Shown here: positions 12,890 to 25,924 of the stretch, in pieces
How positions within the stretch are numbered: the first letter of the stretch is position 1
Layout: every line of letters starts with the position of its first letter
From: Octopus vulgaris
Taxonomy: Eukaryota
DNA: 64,000 nucleotides
Assembly (NCBI GenBank): GCA_951406725.2
Contig: OX597824.1
Coordinates: 34,286,001-34,350,000, forward strand
Direction of reading: 5' to 3'
Notes under the pieces: generated by a model
What the model was told of the DNA's origin: nothing
Databases searched by the model: none
Seen by the model: only the letters and a program-made list of their open reading frames with translations
Program-made: the position numbers and the translations under genes

Positions 12890-15100
12890 GGACTGTTTGG
12901 GGAGACCCTACAAACCCATGGTTGTCCTGATCACTAGAGCAGGTGCCCTCCCCACACTGTCCTCCTTCAAACTACAGGTACATGCTTAGTGTAGGCCCAT
13001 TCACTTGGACTGTTCTTGCAACATTCACTCACCTTTTAACAAAATTGATGGGAAGCAGCGCTTCCCTCTCTGCCTACACTTTCCTTTTCAATTGAAACTT
13101 GAAAGGCTTGGCCACAGAGGAAAGTATCTGTTTACAGCCCTTTCAATTCAGTCCACCGCACAACCTCTATTACTAAGGCCACCAAAAAAAGAGACACTAC
13201 CTACCCTTCCAAGCCAAAGGAAGGTGGCAGGACAATTTTCACAATGGACTTAGCTGATAACTGCTGTCCTACACGTGACAACAGGTGTTCACCATAAACC
13301 CAGAAGTCAGCAATGCTTGTGTACTGAATGAAAGCATGCAGTTTAGTTTTGTTGCTCTACATGCACCTTGGGCAAGCCTGGCTGGCAGCACTTCCATGTT
13401 TGTACAATTTATCCTGTAGCACTGCCAGGCCAAGGATTTCTGGAAATTATCCATAAACCCTGGCCCAAAAAGTTCTCCAGAACAGACTAGCTAGTTGATT
13501 TTCATCAATGGCCAGAATCCCTCCAAAAGCATCATTGCACTTTCCCACTATTAACCCTTTGTAGAATGTCAAAGTAGAACTTCTATTGACAACACTCTAG
13601 ATGTCAGATACCCTGCCTCAGTCTATGCTTGATTCATTTTTAACTCTCTTCTATATGTGAGTGGCCATATAGTTCTTTTACTTACTCTGTCTTACCTCCC
13701 TCTTCTTTCTTACTTTGATCCATATCTGCTAGCATTAAAGCCCCGCCTCTTGGATTTCATAGGTTTGCAAGCTGCAGGCGACCCCACTAGTGCTGGTTGA
13801 ATGAGAAAAACGCACAATACACACTGTAAAGTGGTCAGTGAAAGTGATGAGCTGTAGAAATTCCTCTCTAACAAACAGTGAGAACACCTCCTCACCATCA
13901 AGGAAGCACTGTGTATGTCATAGCCTCAGTGCATGTCTGCGCATCAGCAGCCACTGCATGTCCAGCCCTCCATTCAGTAAATGGAGTACCTGACAATGGA
14001 ACATGTCCCTACCACAGAAAGTGGAAGAGTATGGCTCTCCAATTTGGTTGATCAGATGTAAACTGAGGCAAGGCACAACAGTCAGGTGGTACTGGCAGAA
14101 TTGTTAGCACGCCGGGCAAAATGCTTAGCGGTATTTCGTCTGCCGTTTTGTTCTGAGTTCAAATTCCGCCGAGGTCGACTTTGCCTTTCATCCTTTCAGG
14201 GTCGATTAAATAAGTACCAGTTACGCACTGGGGTCGATATAATAGACTTAATCCGTTTGTCTGTCCTTGTTTGTCCTCTCTGTGTTTAGCTCCTTGTGGG
14301 TAGTAAAGAAATAGGTAATATATAGTGGAGGCGAGCTGGCAGAAATGTTAGCACACCTGGCGAAATGTTTAGCAGTATTTCGTCTGCCGCTACGTTCTGA
14401 GTTCAAATTCCGCCAAGGTTGACTTTGCCTTTCATCCTTTCGGGGTTGATTAAATAAGTACCAGTTACGCACTGGGGTCGATGTAATCGACTTAATCCGT
14501 TTGTCTGTCCTTGTTTGTCCCCTCTGTGTTTAGCCCCTTGTGGGTAGTAAAGAAATGGGTAATATATAATGGAGGTGATGTAAGCATTTGTCACATCTGC
14601 CTGACCGTTCAGGGTAGCTTTCTCTCAGCTCACTTCCAGGCGAGATTGTTCACCCTGCTTGTCATCTAGACCCAGTTCTTTTACATCTGGAAATTTGGAG
14701 CAAACCACACCCTAAGCAATTTAACCAGTCCCTCTGTCTAGCATCCCACAACGGTATTGTATAGCATTGACTACCCCTCCAGGTGTTGAGATGCAGGCTT
14801 GCTGACATTTCTTGGTTAATTTTTGCCGACAAGGTCTATGTGTCTAGTGTTCAACACTATCACAGTGAAGTCATCTGCATATGCCGACACGGTTCTTCCA
14901 CTTTCTAATTCGTGCGGGATGCCTCTCAACGCTTCCAGTTTCCGCAGTAGTGGCTCTAAAGCCGAGAGAAGAGGGGACAAACTTAACAGACTGAGTGCAT
15001 GATATTGAATGGTTCCAATGGAAAACTATTCACCCAATATATCAAACAGATGTCACTATACATTGTGGTGATCCAGCCACGGAAAACGGGACCGAAACCG
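12890..15100 (-). mobile_element. Fragmented Tx1/L1-clade LINE ORF2 relic interrupted by SINEs
   Basis: ALEPLLRKLEALRGI...VSAYADDFTV (~14850-14960), LFHFLW.G...GGL...RRHALRL (~13900-14030), NFQKSLAWQCYR (~13410-13450). Confidence 0.65.
14085..14560 (+). mobile_element. Tandem pair of family A SINEs (tRNA head; central gtcgactttgcctttcatcctttcggggtcgat domain, Meta/MESC-like)
   Basis: Two ~230 bp direct copies. More than 20 full or partial copies in the window. Confidence 0.85.
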
Positions 15101-16520
15101 GCGGCCAATAATAATAGTAATTACACACACAAACACATATGCGCGCGCACACACGCGCATGCAAATACGCATTCGCACAATATACACGTATGTATGTGTA
15201 ACAGAGAGAGAGAGGGGAGGACGAGAGAAAGAGAAAGAGAGAGCGTGTTTGTGTGCAGGCGAGGGCTTGTATAAAGAACAAGAGAAGGGAAGGAGTGTTG
15301 AATGTTTTAAGCTCAAGAGGCCGCTCGTGCTCTCTGTTTATCGGTATATCTGAGTGTTCCTTTCTTTCCGTGTCCCCTCTTTCTTTCTTACTTTTTCTCT
15401 CTTTAATTTATTCTCTCTCTCTCTCTCTCACTCTTACTCTCACTCCTTCTCTCTCTCTCACTCCATCTCTCCCCTCTTTCTTTCACACTCTTACCCTCTT
15501 GCTCTCCCTCTCTCCCGCCATTCTCTGACATTGCACTTTCAACTGTCGCATTGCAGTTTTTACATGGCCTACAAATATTTTTACTTTACTGCACCTCTCT
15601 AAAAAAATTGCACATCTTGTTATGCTCTATTTTCTTTCACTTTGGCTTTGAAATTGAATATTTTTGCTTTGAATGTGTATTTTTATTTTATTTTCTGCTC
15701 CAACCTCACCCTGTCATTTTAACAGACATGGTATTGACATTTTTTGCCGAGTTTTCCAAGACAATCTTCGGTATTTTTTTTATTATAATATCGATTAAAA
15801 TATAACAAAAATAAAGTATATTGGTAACTGTAAAATAAAACTATATTTGTTAGAAAGAAACAATTTGTTTACGATCCAGTGAGTTTATATTTTTAGGAGC
15901 GTACACAGGTATACGCGCACACACACATACACACGTACATACACACATTCATATTCAAATACACTCACATACGCGCGAACGCATTATGACAAACACATAC
16001 ATGTTCACAAGCAGACATGCACATACACACACGCGCACACATTCACATACGTAAACCTATTTACATACTCAGACTCACGCTCACAGACATACACGCACAC
16101 ACAAAACACATACACATAGATATTCACATACATTCAGACACATACGTGCATGCACCCTCGCACACATAAAATACACGCACGATTTCTTTTCCCGTCCCAT
16201 CCATTTATTATAAAACTGAAAAAAAAAAAAAAGAAGTAAAATATAGACTGAAGAATTTATTTCTTTACGCAAGCCACCATAGAATAGTAATGTGAATTAA
16301 TTCTGCAAAAGAAAATATTTCTCGCCTTGATCTAAATCCACTTTGGAATAACATAACAAGATGCGTGTTTCATAACCGATGGACCGCATTTTCAATCACT
16401 TATTTATTCAGCTTCAGTGCAACAAGGTCGAAGTCACTATTGTTCGCTTGTTAAATATATTTATTATTTCTAATAGCTTTAAAGTAATAAGCCCCAAATA
16501 CTTTTACAGCAACATTAAAA

Positions 16521-16560
<40 letters not shown>

Positions 16561-17347
16561 GTATGTATGTATGTATGTATGTACGTATTCATTCGGACGC
16601 TCTTGTGTGTTACCTAGATTTTTCTTTTGCATGTTAATTGTCAAATTGACACTACTGCCGTACCGTGATATTCTGAGTATTGATTGATATATAAATAGTC
16701 TAACTGATGAAGAGCGAGAGAGCGAAAGAGAGAGAGGGGCGGGGGGTTCACTGTTCTGTAACTGTATTAGACCGAAGTAGGTTGAAACGACAACCTTCTT
16801 CGGTTGTTGTGTCACTATATCTTCTCTTAAAGTCGCAACACTAATTCTAACCTTGAGTAAAATAAATTAAAAGATTTCAGATCCCAATAATCTACATAGC
16901 TTGGTGATGCTCTCCGGTTTGGGATAGAGTCCAGTACCCTAATTTCATTCCTCTATAAATTCGTAGTCTTACGAAGGGAGTTTTCCCAGTGGTGTTAGCT
17001 AGGGTGCAGAGATGGGATACTCTGCCCCTCACTCTGCCCCGCTGCCCCAGGCGATGTTTTTATGGAGTGAGGTGTTCTTTGGGGTCTGCTGCATAAGCCG
17101 GTATATGGGGTAGAGTGGGGGAAAACTTTACGTCTGATCGATGCAGCAGATCCTGTAGCTATGCCATGGAGTTTTCTCTAAGGAAGAATTTAATTTCACA
17201 TTGCAACCTTACAATATCATTCGTCTAAACAACAGTACTGCAGCTTATCCTATAGTACCTATTTACAGCTATTTACAGCCAGGTATACCAAGCCAAATTA
17301 GGGTTAAATAAATGCAGGTCAACGATTAGAACAAAGTATGAATTCTT

Positions 17348-17406
<59 letters not shown>

Positions 17407-18118
17407 TCGAGATAAACAAAATTGTTCTCCTTATAGCATTCAGATTACTCTAACATGTGTAATGCTTATATTGATTCATGTTGTTTTGAATTTAATTATG
17501 CATTACCTTGTAGCTTTGTGATTTTGATGATGTGATTGTTTGATTGTTTGTTTTTATAATGAGATTGTAGGCTAGGTGCGAGTGGCAGAATCTGGCCCAT
17601 TTGAACATAAAGCAGGTAGAATATTTAGGCCTGATATGGCTGGTTTAAATGTTAAAAAGCGAAAAATAGTGTGCTGAAAAAATGTTTCATTGCCAATATA
17701 CCCAGCTTTTATGTAGGTATTATAGGGTAGGAGCATGACTAGCCAGAAAAAGTTAAACAAAATATTGCAAACAATATTCTTTGAAGAGCAATGTAACTAA
17801 ATTGTGATAGTTGTTTTTTTCTTAATAAGTATGTTGTATAGAAATGTGTTAGGTAAAGCACACTTACAAGCAACATAACATAGATATACATAATACACTT
17901 TTACACAGCATACTTGAAAATACTGTATCTAGGTTGATAAGAGGGAAGAAACTATCAAGAACTTTGAAGAAAATCCAAGGGATATTTGTTTTTTACATCA
18001 TTAGAGATGAGTAGGCCATAAAATTGTCAACAATCACAGCCTCTTACTTTGTCTTTGTGATATATGACAATGATTGTTATTCTTGTGGTTTTGTTTGCTA
18101 TTATCATTCTTATGAAAA

Positions 18119-18737
18119 AGGCGGCGAGCTGGCTGAAACGTTAGCACGCCAGGCAAAATGCTCAGCGGTATTTCATCTGCTGTTACGTTCTGAGTTCAAA
18201 TTCCGCCGAGATCGACTGTGCCTTTCATCCTTTCGGGGTCGATAAATTAAGTACCAGTTACGCACTGGGGTCGATATAATCGACTTAATCCGTCTGTCTG
18301 TCCTTGTTTGTCCTCTCTATGTTTAGCCCCTTGTGGGCAGTAAGAAATAGGTATTTCGTCTGCCACTACATTCTGAATTCAAATTCTGCCGAGGTCAACT
18401 TTGTCTTTCATCCTTTCGGGGGCAATATGTACCAGTTGAACACTGGGGTCAATGTAATTGATTTAACCCTTCCCCCAAAAGTGCTGCCCTTGTGGCAAAA
18501 TTTGAAACGATTATTATTATTATGGAGGCATTGAGCTGGCAGAATTGTTAACACGCCGGGCAAAATGCTTGGTGGTATTTTGTCTGTTTTTATGTTCTAA
18601 GTTCAAATTCCACTGAGGTTGACTTTGCCTTTCATCCTTTCAGGATCGATTAAATAAGTACCAGTTACGCTCTGGGGTTGATGTAATCGACTTAATCCTT
18701 TCCCCTAAGTTTCAAGCTTGTGCCTACAGTAGAAAGG
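18119..18737 (+). mobile_element. Cluster of three family A SINEs
   Basis: Repeated ttctgagttcaaattc...ttgcctttcatccttt units. Confidence 0.8.
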
Positions 18738-19128
18738 CAGTTCTATATTTAAGAGATGAGGAATTATGTACATTATTTACATTTGACAGATATTTATCCT
18801 CATCTTGTTTGTCAATACAACACTTTGCAAATATCTCCTTCAAGTAAAACCACCAATAGAAGAGAATATGACCAAAAACTGAGTGTATTCCATCCCATGC
18901 AGCTGTGGTAGGTTATGCAAAGGCGAAACATACCGACCCTTCAAAATAAGGGTAGAGGAACATCACAAAGCTGTGACACGAGGAGATATTGATAAATCTG
19001 GTATAACTGATCATGTATGGAAAAAATGGAAACCACCTCCCCCTGTGGGATGAAGTTAAAATAATAGACAGAGAACACCAATGGAAAATACGAAAACTAA
19101 AAGAAGCAGCACGTATGCTAGGACACAA
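18737..19128 (+). mobile_element. Penelope/Poseidon-type GIY-YIG endonuclease relic preceded by an inverted pLTR terminus
   Basis: 18828-19128 translates KN*VYSIPCSCGRLCKGETYRPFKIRVEEHHK...SGITDHVW / NHLPLWDEVKIIDREHQWKIRKLKEAA. 18737-18822 is the inverted terminus of the HHR family. Confidence 0.75.
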
Positions 19129-20634
19129 TTGACTATCCCCCTCCCCTAAAATTGCTGCTCTTGTGGCAAAATTTGAAACAATTATTATTATTATTATGAA
19201 GGGAGTGAGCTGGCAGAAACATTAACATGCCAGGTGAAACACTTAACAGTATTTCGTCTGCTGCTATGTTCTGCTGAAGTGGACTTTGCCTTCTGGGGCC
19301 AATAAAGTAAGTATCAGTTGAGTACTGGGGTTGATCGACTATTTCCATCACCCAAATTTCAAGCCTTGTGCCTATAGAGGAAAGGATTATTATTATTATT
19401 ATTATCAGGTGCTGTCAAACTGGCAGAACTGTTAGTGTGTTGGACAAAATGCTTAATGGTATTTCTTCGGGGTCGATTAAATAAGTACCAGTTACGCACT
19501 GGGGTCGATATAATTGACTTAATCCGTTTGTCTGTCCTTGTTTGTCCTCTCTGTGTTTAGCCCCTTGTGGGTAGTAAAGAAATAAGTATTTCTTCTGGAT
19601 TCTTATATTCTGAGCTCAAATCCTGCCAAAGTTAATTTCGTCTTTCATATTTTTGGCCTCCATGGAATACGGTACCAGTCAAGTACTAAGGTCAATGACT
19701 ATCTCCCTCCGTTCAAGTGGTGGGCCTTTTACCAAGACTAGAAAGAATCATTATGATCACACAGTACCTAACAAATGCATTGAGGCATTTCTTCTACTTC
19801 TTTACAGTCTATATTTTCCCCTAATCGCCTCTTTCTGTGTCCCCAGTTATCTCTCCCTTTCTTCAGAGCTACATCTTAAGACTATCCTACCTCATTTTTA
19901 ACATCCTCTCATAACAGTCTTTGATACCCCATCACCACCACCACCACCACCACATTTGTCTCCAACTCATTATAGTCACCTTTATGTATCTCTAACCTCC
20001 ATCTTTGTCACTGTACATCTCTTTCTCTTCCAACTCTTCTGCCGTGCTCATCATCTCCCTATTTTTCTCATCTTTCTCTAGGCTTATTATACTGCAACTC
20101 TACTCTTCCTGTGCTGCCATTTATCACCTCTTCCTTCCTTTCTAAGCTATTTTTTTTTACCCTCCCGATTCCCCCATATACTGATATTTATTGTTGACCA
20201 CATCTCCACCCCTGTACATCATTCATTACATTCACCTCTACCCCCATTACTAACCATCTGTCATTCTCGCCTCACACTCCTATGAAGTTATCCACCCAAC
20301 CCTTGAATCCTCGGTTCCTATTCTCTCATATATTTACCTTCTTGTATCCTAAGAATACACCATGAGACCTTGTCACCAATATCTTCATCTGGATCTTTAC
20401 TTTTTGACCAACAGATTTAAGAAATAATATTTTGTAACTAAACACTTTCAAACTTCGTATACTGGTAGAATGTGTTACGTAAAACATCTTTTACTCTTGG
20501 CATTGTTGAGAAAATTCTGTATTTTGGAAGTTATTTTTTGTTAAAGTTGTTGTATTTCGGTAATTTCAACCAATCAATGACATGTATTCAGCTGAATAAA
20601 ATTACTGCTGTTGTTTGTCAACAACAACTTCCAC

Positions 20635-20928
20635 GGGCATCTGGCATAGTGGTTAAGAGCGCAGGCTACTAACCCCAAGATTCCAAGTTCGATTCCAAGC
20701 AGTGACCTGAACAATAACAATAATAATAATAATAACATCGAAAAATACCTTAAGAATGAGAACCCAGGTTCGAAATTTCCCCAAGACACCTGAAGAAGGC
20801 TGGAGGGTATATCAGCCGAATCGCTGAGTTAACAACAAACAAAATGAGGACAAATATCTGTTGAATGTAAATATTGTAAATAATGTAAATAATGTACATA
20901 ATTCCTCATCTCTTCAATATAGAACTGT
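20635..20928 (+). mobile_element. tRNA-like head + (AAT)n + hammerhead + AT-rich terminus (PLE pLTR-type repeat), copy 1
   Basis: A box TGGCATAGTGG 20642-52, B box GTTCGATTCC 20687-96, HHR-like 20785-20830 (GAAA changed to GAAT). Homologous to 24016-24163, 54900-55275 and 18737-18822. Confidence 0.65.
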
Positions 20929-20994
20929 ATTAGCCATGATGAATATTTAATACTATACTTTTTGGATAATATACCAACTCTACTGACAGATATA

Positions 20995-21213
20995 TACTTC
21001 TTTACTACCCACATAGAGGGGACAAACAAGGACAGACAAAGGGATTAAGTCGATTACATCAACCCCAGTGCGAAACTGGTACTTTATTTATCGACTCCGA
21101 AAGGATGAAAGGCAAAGTCGACCTCGGCAGAATTTGAACTCTGAATGTAACGACAGATGAAATACCGCTAAGTATTTCGCCCGGCGTGCTAACATTTCTG
21201 CAAGCTCGCCGCC
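20995..21213 (-). mobile_element. Family A SINE
   Basis: Reverse complement of 14328-14560. Confidence 0.85.
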
Positions 21214-21284
21214 TTTATATATATATATATAAAGATATATGAGTGCATCTCTTCCCTGACTCATGATCTCTGAGATGACTCATG

Positions 21285-21321
<37 letters not shown>

Positions 21322-22129
21322 TATTTATTTATTTATACACATACATGTGGATGTGTGGAGTAAGAGCAAGAGGGGTGAGAAAGAGAAGGAGTTAGAGAGC
21401 TAAATAAAGAAGATATATGAATAAGATAAAGTGCAGTAGGAAGTTAAGGGAACAGAATGCACAATATGCTTGTAGAGTATGTTTGTTATCTTGCCTTGCA
21501 TTGACATCTAGGGTGCATTTGTGGATAAATATAGATCAATTCCAGAACGAGACTAGAACTTTTATTTTTATTAACCTCAAAGGGTTTGAACAGCAAAATG
21601 AGATTTTAAAAGTATAACTAAATACTGCAAAGCATTTGGTTTGACATGCACATGACCCTACCAATTCACCTAAAAATATATCTAAAATTCCACAGCTTCA
21701 AGTACCCATGACCCCTTTAAAGGTCTCCGAGACTAGTGGAAGGGATGGAAAGAATGTACCCTCAAACCAGAGACATGCTTGAAGCAGAATGAAATCCTCA
21801 GCTAAAATCCCCTAATGGCCAGGTGGTGGTCTTAAATCAGATGATGGAGTAAGAACCAGACTAGGCCACAGCAGGATTTGAACTCAGAACACAAGAGAAT
21901 TGAAACAGATATTGTAAGGCATTTCTCCATTCAGTGCTCAAACCATTCTGCCAATCCACTACTCAGGTATTTTATTTCATTAACCCTAGAAGGAGGAAAG
22001 GTAAAGTTGACCTTGGTGGGGTTTGAAATCAGAATGCCATAGGCCAGAATATATACTCTAAGGCTTTTTAACTAAGACTGGCAAATCACTACTTGACGGT
22101 TTATAGATTTTCTTTTTCTTCTTCTTCAG

Positions 22130-22740
22130 GTACTATGTCCAGAATGTAAGACATAGGAGATCATATCCTAACACAATTCTCTGTTCTTTGTTTTCTTTAA
22201 GTTCAACTTCCTGATATTGATGTTTAATGCCTCTTTCTTCCAACCAGTTCATCATGCTTGACATCCGTATCATCCTTCTCCTTTCTCTGCTTCTTTTCCC
22301 TTCAATCTTTCTGGTCATTTCTAAATTCTCCAGGCCCTCTTTCCTCCTCACATCACCAAGAAATCTCAGTTGCTTGGTCCTTATCTCACTAAACATTTCC
22401 CTATTTACCACAACCAGAGTTATCACTTCTTCATTAAACACTTTTTCTGTCCATGCTATCCTCAATATTCTTCTTAAGAACCTTCTTTCACAGCTCTCCA
22501 AACACCTTATTTTTGATGTTATAAATCACGTTTCACTTCCATAACTTGCAAGAATTGTGTATAGTAGTGACAAAAAAGGGTAGCCCAAAGTGCATGTTGA
22601 AAGTGAACAATCAAAGCATAAAGCAGGGTATCATCCTTCAACACAAGATGTGTGAAGGAGATCAAAAGAAGAATAGCGCTGGCCAAATCTGCATTCTCAA
22701 AATCATGTAACACCTTGAGAAATTGTACTCTGGGCATCAG
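22130..22740 (-). mobile_element. Degenerate RTE LINE 3' fragment
   Basis: ERRFLRRILRIAWTEKVFNEEV...QLRFLG...EGKRSR motif. Confidence 0.7.
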
Positions 22741-22899
22741 ACTATGATCCATATATTGAACTGTAGGTCTATCCTGTGTCAATGAATGTTTACAGATATA
22801 TGAGCAATATTCAGTCAATATCTCAAATAAAACATCTGGTGCAAGAGATGAACAATTAGTTTTATAAAGCAAGCCTGGTAACACATGTTGGACCTACAT

Positions 22900-22935
<36 letters not shown>

Positions 22936-23504
22936 CCTCTGTCTGTTACTCTAGGAGCAATGATTCTAAAAACTGATTTTTAGGACAAGGTTAGAAATAT
23001 TTGGATTTCATTACATTCTATGGTATTAAGGTGGTGAACTGGCAGATCCATTGGCATACCAGATAAAAGACTTTGCAGCATTTCGTGTCTATACATTCTG
23101 AGTTCAAATTCCAGCAAGATTGATGTTGTCTTCCTTCCTTTTGGAGTTGATAAATTCCAGCAAGATTGATGTTGTCTTCCTTCCTTTTGGAGTTGATAAA
23201 ATAAGTACCAGTCAAGTTCTGGGATTAATACATTCAAGTAGCCTCTTCCCTAAAAAGCTGCTGGCTCTGTACCAAAATTTGAAATTTTTATGTCCTGTGG
23301 TGCCTTTTATCTTCTATCTTTTTCTTTTTCCACTCATTAGACTGCAGCCAGACTGGAACATTGCCTCAAAGGGTTTCAGTTGAACAGATTGATCACAGTA
23401 CTTATTTTAAAGTCTGGTACTTATTATATCATCCCCTTTTTGCCAAGCTGCTAAGTTACAAGGATGTAAACAAACTAAAATCAGTTAAGTGTGGCAGCGG
23501 ACAA

Positions 23505-23539
<35 letters not shown>

Positions 23540-24015
23540 ACACACACACACATGCATTTCCACATACAAACACACACATGCATGCATGTCCACACACAAA
23601 CACACACACACATACACACACACACATACACACACACATATTTACTCTATAAAAGAATAATGTAACAGCAGGTGATGAATAAGAGAGTGAAATTGGTTTT
23701 GTTCTAAAAAAGGAGAACTGACAGTCAAGTTTGTGAATGCTAAATATCACACCCTGTTGATGAATGTTCCATTCAGAAAAGACATTAGAAATTTCAAATT
23801 AAGGGAAAGGTGGAAGGGGTAGAAGTTACCCAAGATTCTTCTGTTAGGCAAACTTTCCAATTAATGCCTAAGGACAGTCCAAAACTATAATGTAGAAGTG
23901 TTTCTGTGAGATAGCGTACTGAGAACTACTGCGCTGCCAGCATAAATAAGCCACTGATAGAATGGCAAAATTGTGTTGATAATTCAGGTGCATACTTTGA
24001 TTAATTGCATTACTT

Positions 24016-24163
24016 TTCTATATTTAAGAGATGAGGAATTATGTACATGAATTATGAAAAGGGCTGGAGGGTATATCAGCCGAAACGTTGTGTTAATAAC
24101 AAACAAGATGAGGACAAATATCCGTCGAATGTAAATAATGTAAACAATGTAAATAATGTGCAT
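24016..24163 (+). mobile_element. Same HHR family, truncated copy with inverted terminus at its 5' side
   Basis: 24016-24048 is the reverse complement of the family terminus. It is followed by GGCTG-gagggtatat-CAGCC-GAAACGTT-GTGTT. Confidence 0.65.
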
Positions 24164-24624
24164 TGCTTTTGTTGAGACAGAGTAAAATAAATTTCCAGTT
24201 CAAAACGACCTGATGCGTGTGTGTGTGTGTATGTGTGTGCGTGTATGTGTGTGTGTTTGTATGTGTATGTGTGTGTGTATCTTGATCAACCATTATATTT
24301 AAGAACTTCACTTGCAAAAGAAAAAGAAAAAGAAAAAGAAAAAATCACTAAAGGAAAACTCACCTTTAAATATATGGATGGTGAGAATTAAGATAAAACT
24401 AAATTTCATTATCTTTATAAATTCTGAAACAAATTCTCAAAAATTGTGTTCTTGAAAATTTATTACAGAAGTTATTCTACATGGTAATGAAATTGGACAA
24501 GCTGATCATCTCAACTCTGCAGTAGAAACAACATGTAAATACAATATCTAAAATATAAAATAAATTGGTATATTATACAAGGTTAAAATATGTCTTCTTC
24601 ACAGCCATACTGAAATCTCATTTT

Positions 24625-25140
24625 TATTTTCTTCTTAAAGCCCTTTACACCTTATGGAGCATAGGCGGTCAATGATCCTTCCCCACTGTTCTCAACTTGG
24701 ACCATCTGTTTCATCACTCTCCAGTTGGATCCTTACTCTCTCATCTCCACCCTAGCATTCTGCCTCTACAAACTTCTAGAGTTCCCTCTCCTCTGCCTCC
24801 CTTGTGGATTCCAGATCATGGCCAATTGTTTCCTTTTGTGCTGCAGCAAAATCCAAAACCAAACCCACAGGAGGAAGACCTTTCTCTTCCATGTCTTGTT
24901 GGTTTTGAATAATCATCGATGCTTCAGTAATTTTGCTTTTTTTCTAGGTAAGGTTGTTGGCCCCATGCAAACCCATTCTACCCCTTGGAAAAAGTGGTCC
25001 ATATTAGAGTCTGACCTCTATCCTTTGACCCGCCCAGTATCGGAGGCCTTGCCAAGAGTTTGTGCTCCTCAGGAAAAACTCTCGGGATCATTGAGATACA
25101 GAAGCCACCACATTTTAAGGATTCAACCTTGTGGTGGTTA
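24625..25140 (-). mobile_element. Internally deleted RTE-like element (5' UTR fused to 3' end)
   Basis: Minus strand ggtcaaagg..agaggtcagac...ggggccaacaaccttacc RTE-like 5' region joined to a WNPQGRQRRG 3' coding relic. Confidence 0.5.
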
Positions 25141-25545
25141 ATGAAAATATACTTTGCATTAATTTATCCCTATTTGTTACAAAGAAATACAATATGGTTT
25201 AATTGAAATGACATTCATTTAAATGAAATCATCAGAAGTAACTAGAAAAAAGCTACTCAAATCATAGCATATCGACCAATTTGTGAAAAATATGTAACAA
25301 ATAAGTTAAATACATCTGTCTTGGAATACTACCAAGTTCTTCCATATTGCCACAGAATACACAATTGCAAACAACTAAGAAGTCAATGAGAAGGATAAAT
25401 AAATTGCTTAACCCATGAGTGAAATTGGAAAAATAAAAACCAAACTAAACAAACAATTAACATAAAATGCAGCAGATTTATGGAACCATCTGCCTCAAAA
25501 TGTAACTAAGCCATATTCTTATTACCAATTTCAAAAAGTCTATAT

Positions 25546-25924
25546 CAGGGGTTCTCAATCATTTTTTAGCCTATGGACCCCTTTGCTTACTATTTTACTC
25601 TGGTGGGCCCCCATAGACATTCAATATTTAACAACTAGTTTTATAGACACCTTTTTTGAAATTTCTATTTTGTTTTACACTCATTCACCAGTGTAGGTTT
25701 GCAAAAGAACTCTCTAAGAGGTGGCTGGAAACATGTTGAACTATGTGAGATGTGAGAGAAAGAAACCTAATTGTTTCTTGCAATATACACATCTAATACA
25801 AAATCATTTCATTGACCCCTAAAATACTACCATAGATGCCCAATTTACTATTTTCCTTCCTCGGACATCCAAAAATCTTATATGGAACCCCAGAGGTTAT
25901 TTGGAGCCTAGTTAAGAGCCACCA
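25546..25924. mobile_element. hAT-type MITE
   Basis: caggggttctcaa terminus; 8 bp TSD gtctatat/gtctgtat. A related relic at ~3580-4191 is interrupted by a SINE. Confidence 0.65.

Noticed and set aside
16700-16735. CTGATGA...GAAA resembling a hammerhead core
   Set aside because: No stem I/III or NUH site; it runs into a GA microsatellite.
18876-18900. In-frame TGA at a Cys-like position (KN*VYSIPC) as possible selenocysteine
   Set aside because: The copy is degenerate (frameshift, altered YIG motif); an ordinary nonsense mutation is the simpler explanation.
20635-20710. Possible genuine tRNA gene (also the SINE heads at 37831 and 8850-8924)
   Set aside because: Acceptor and anticodon stems pair poorly, there is no oligo-T terminator, and each is embedded in a repeat body.
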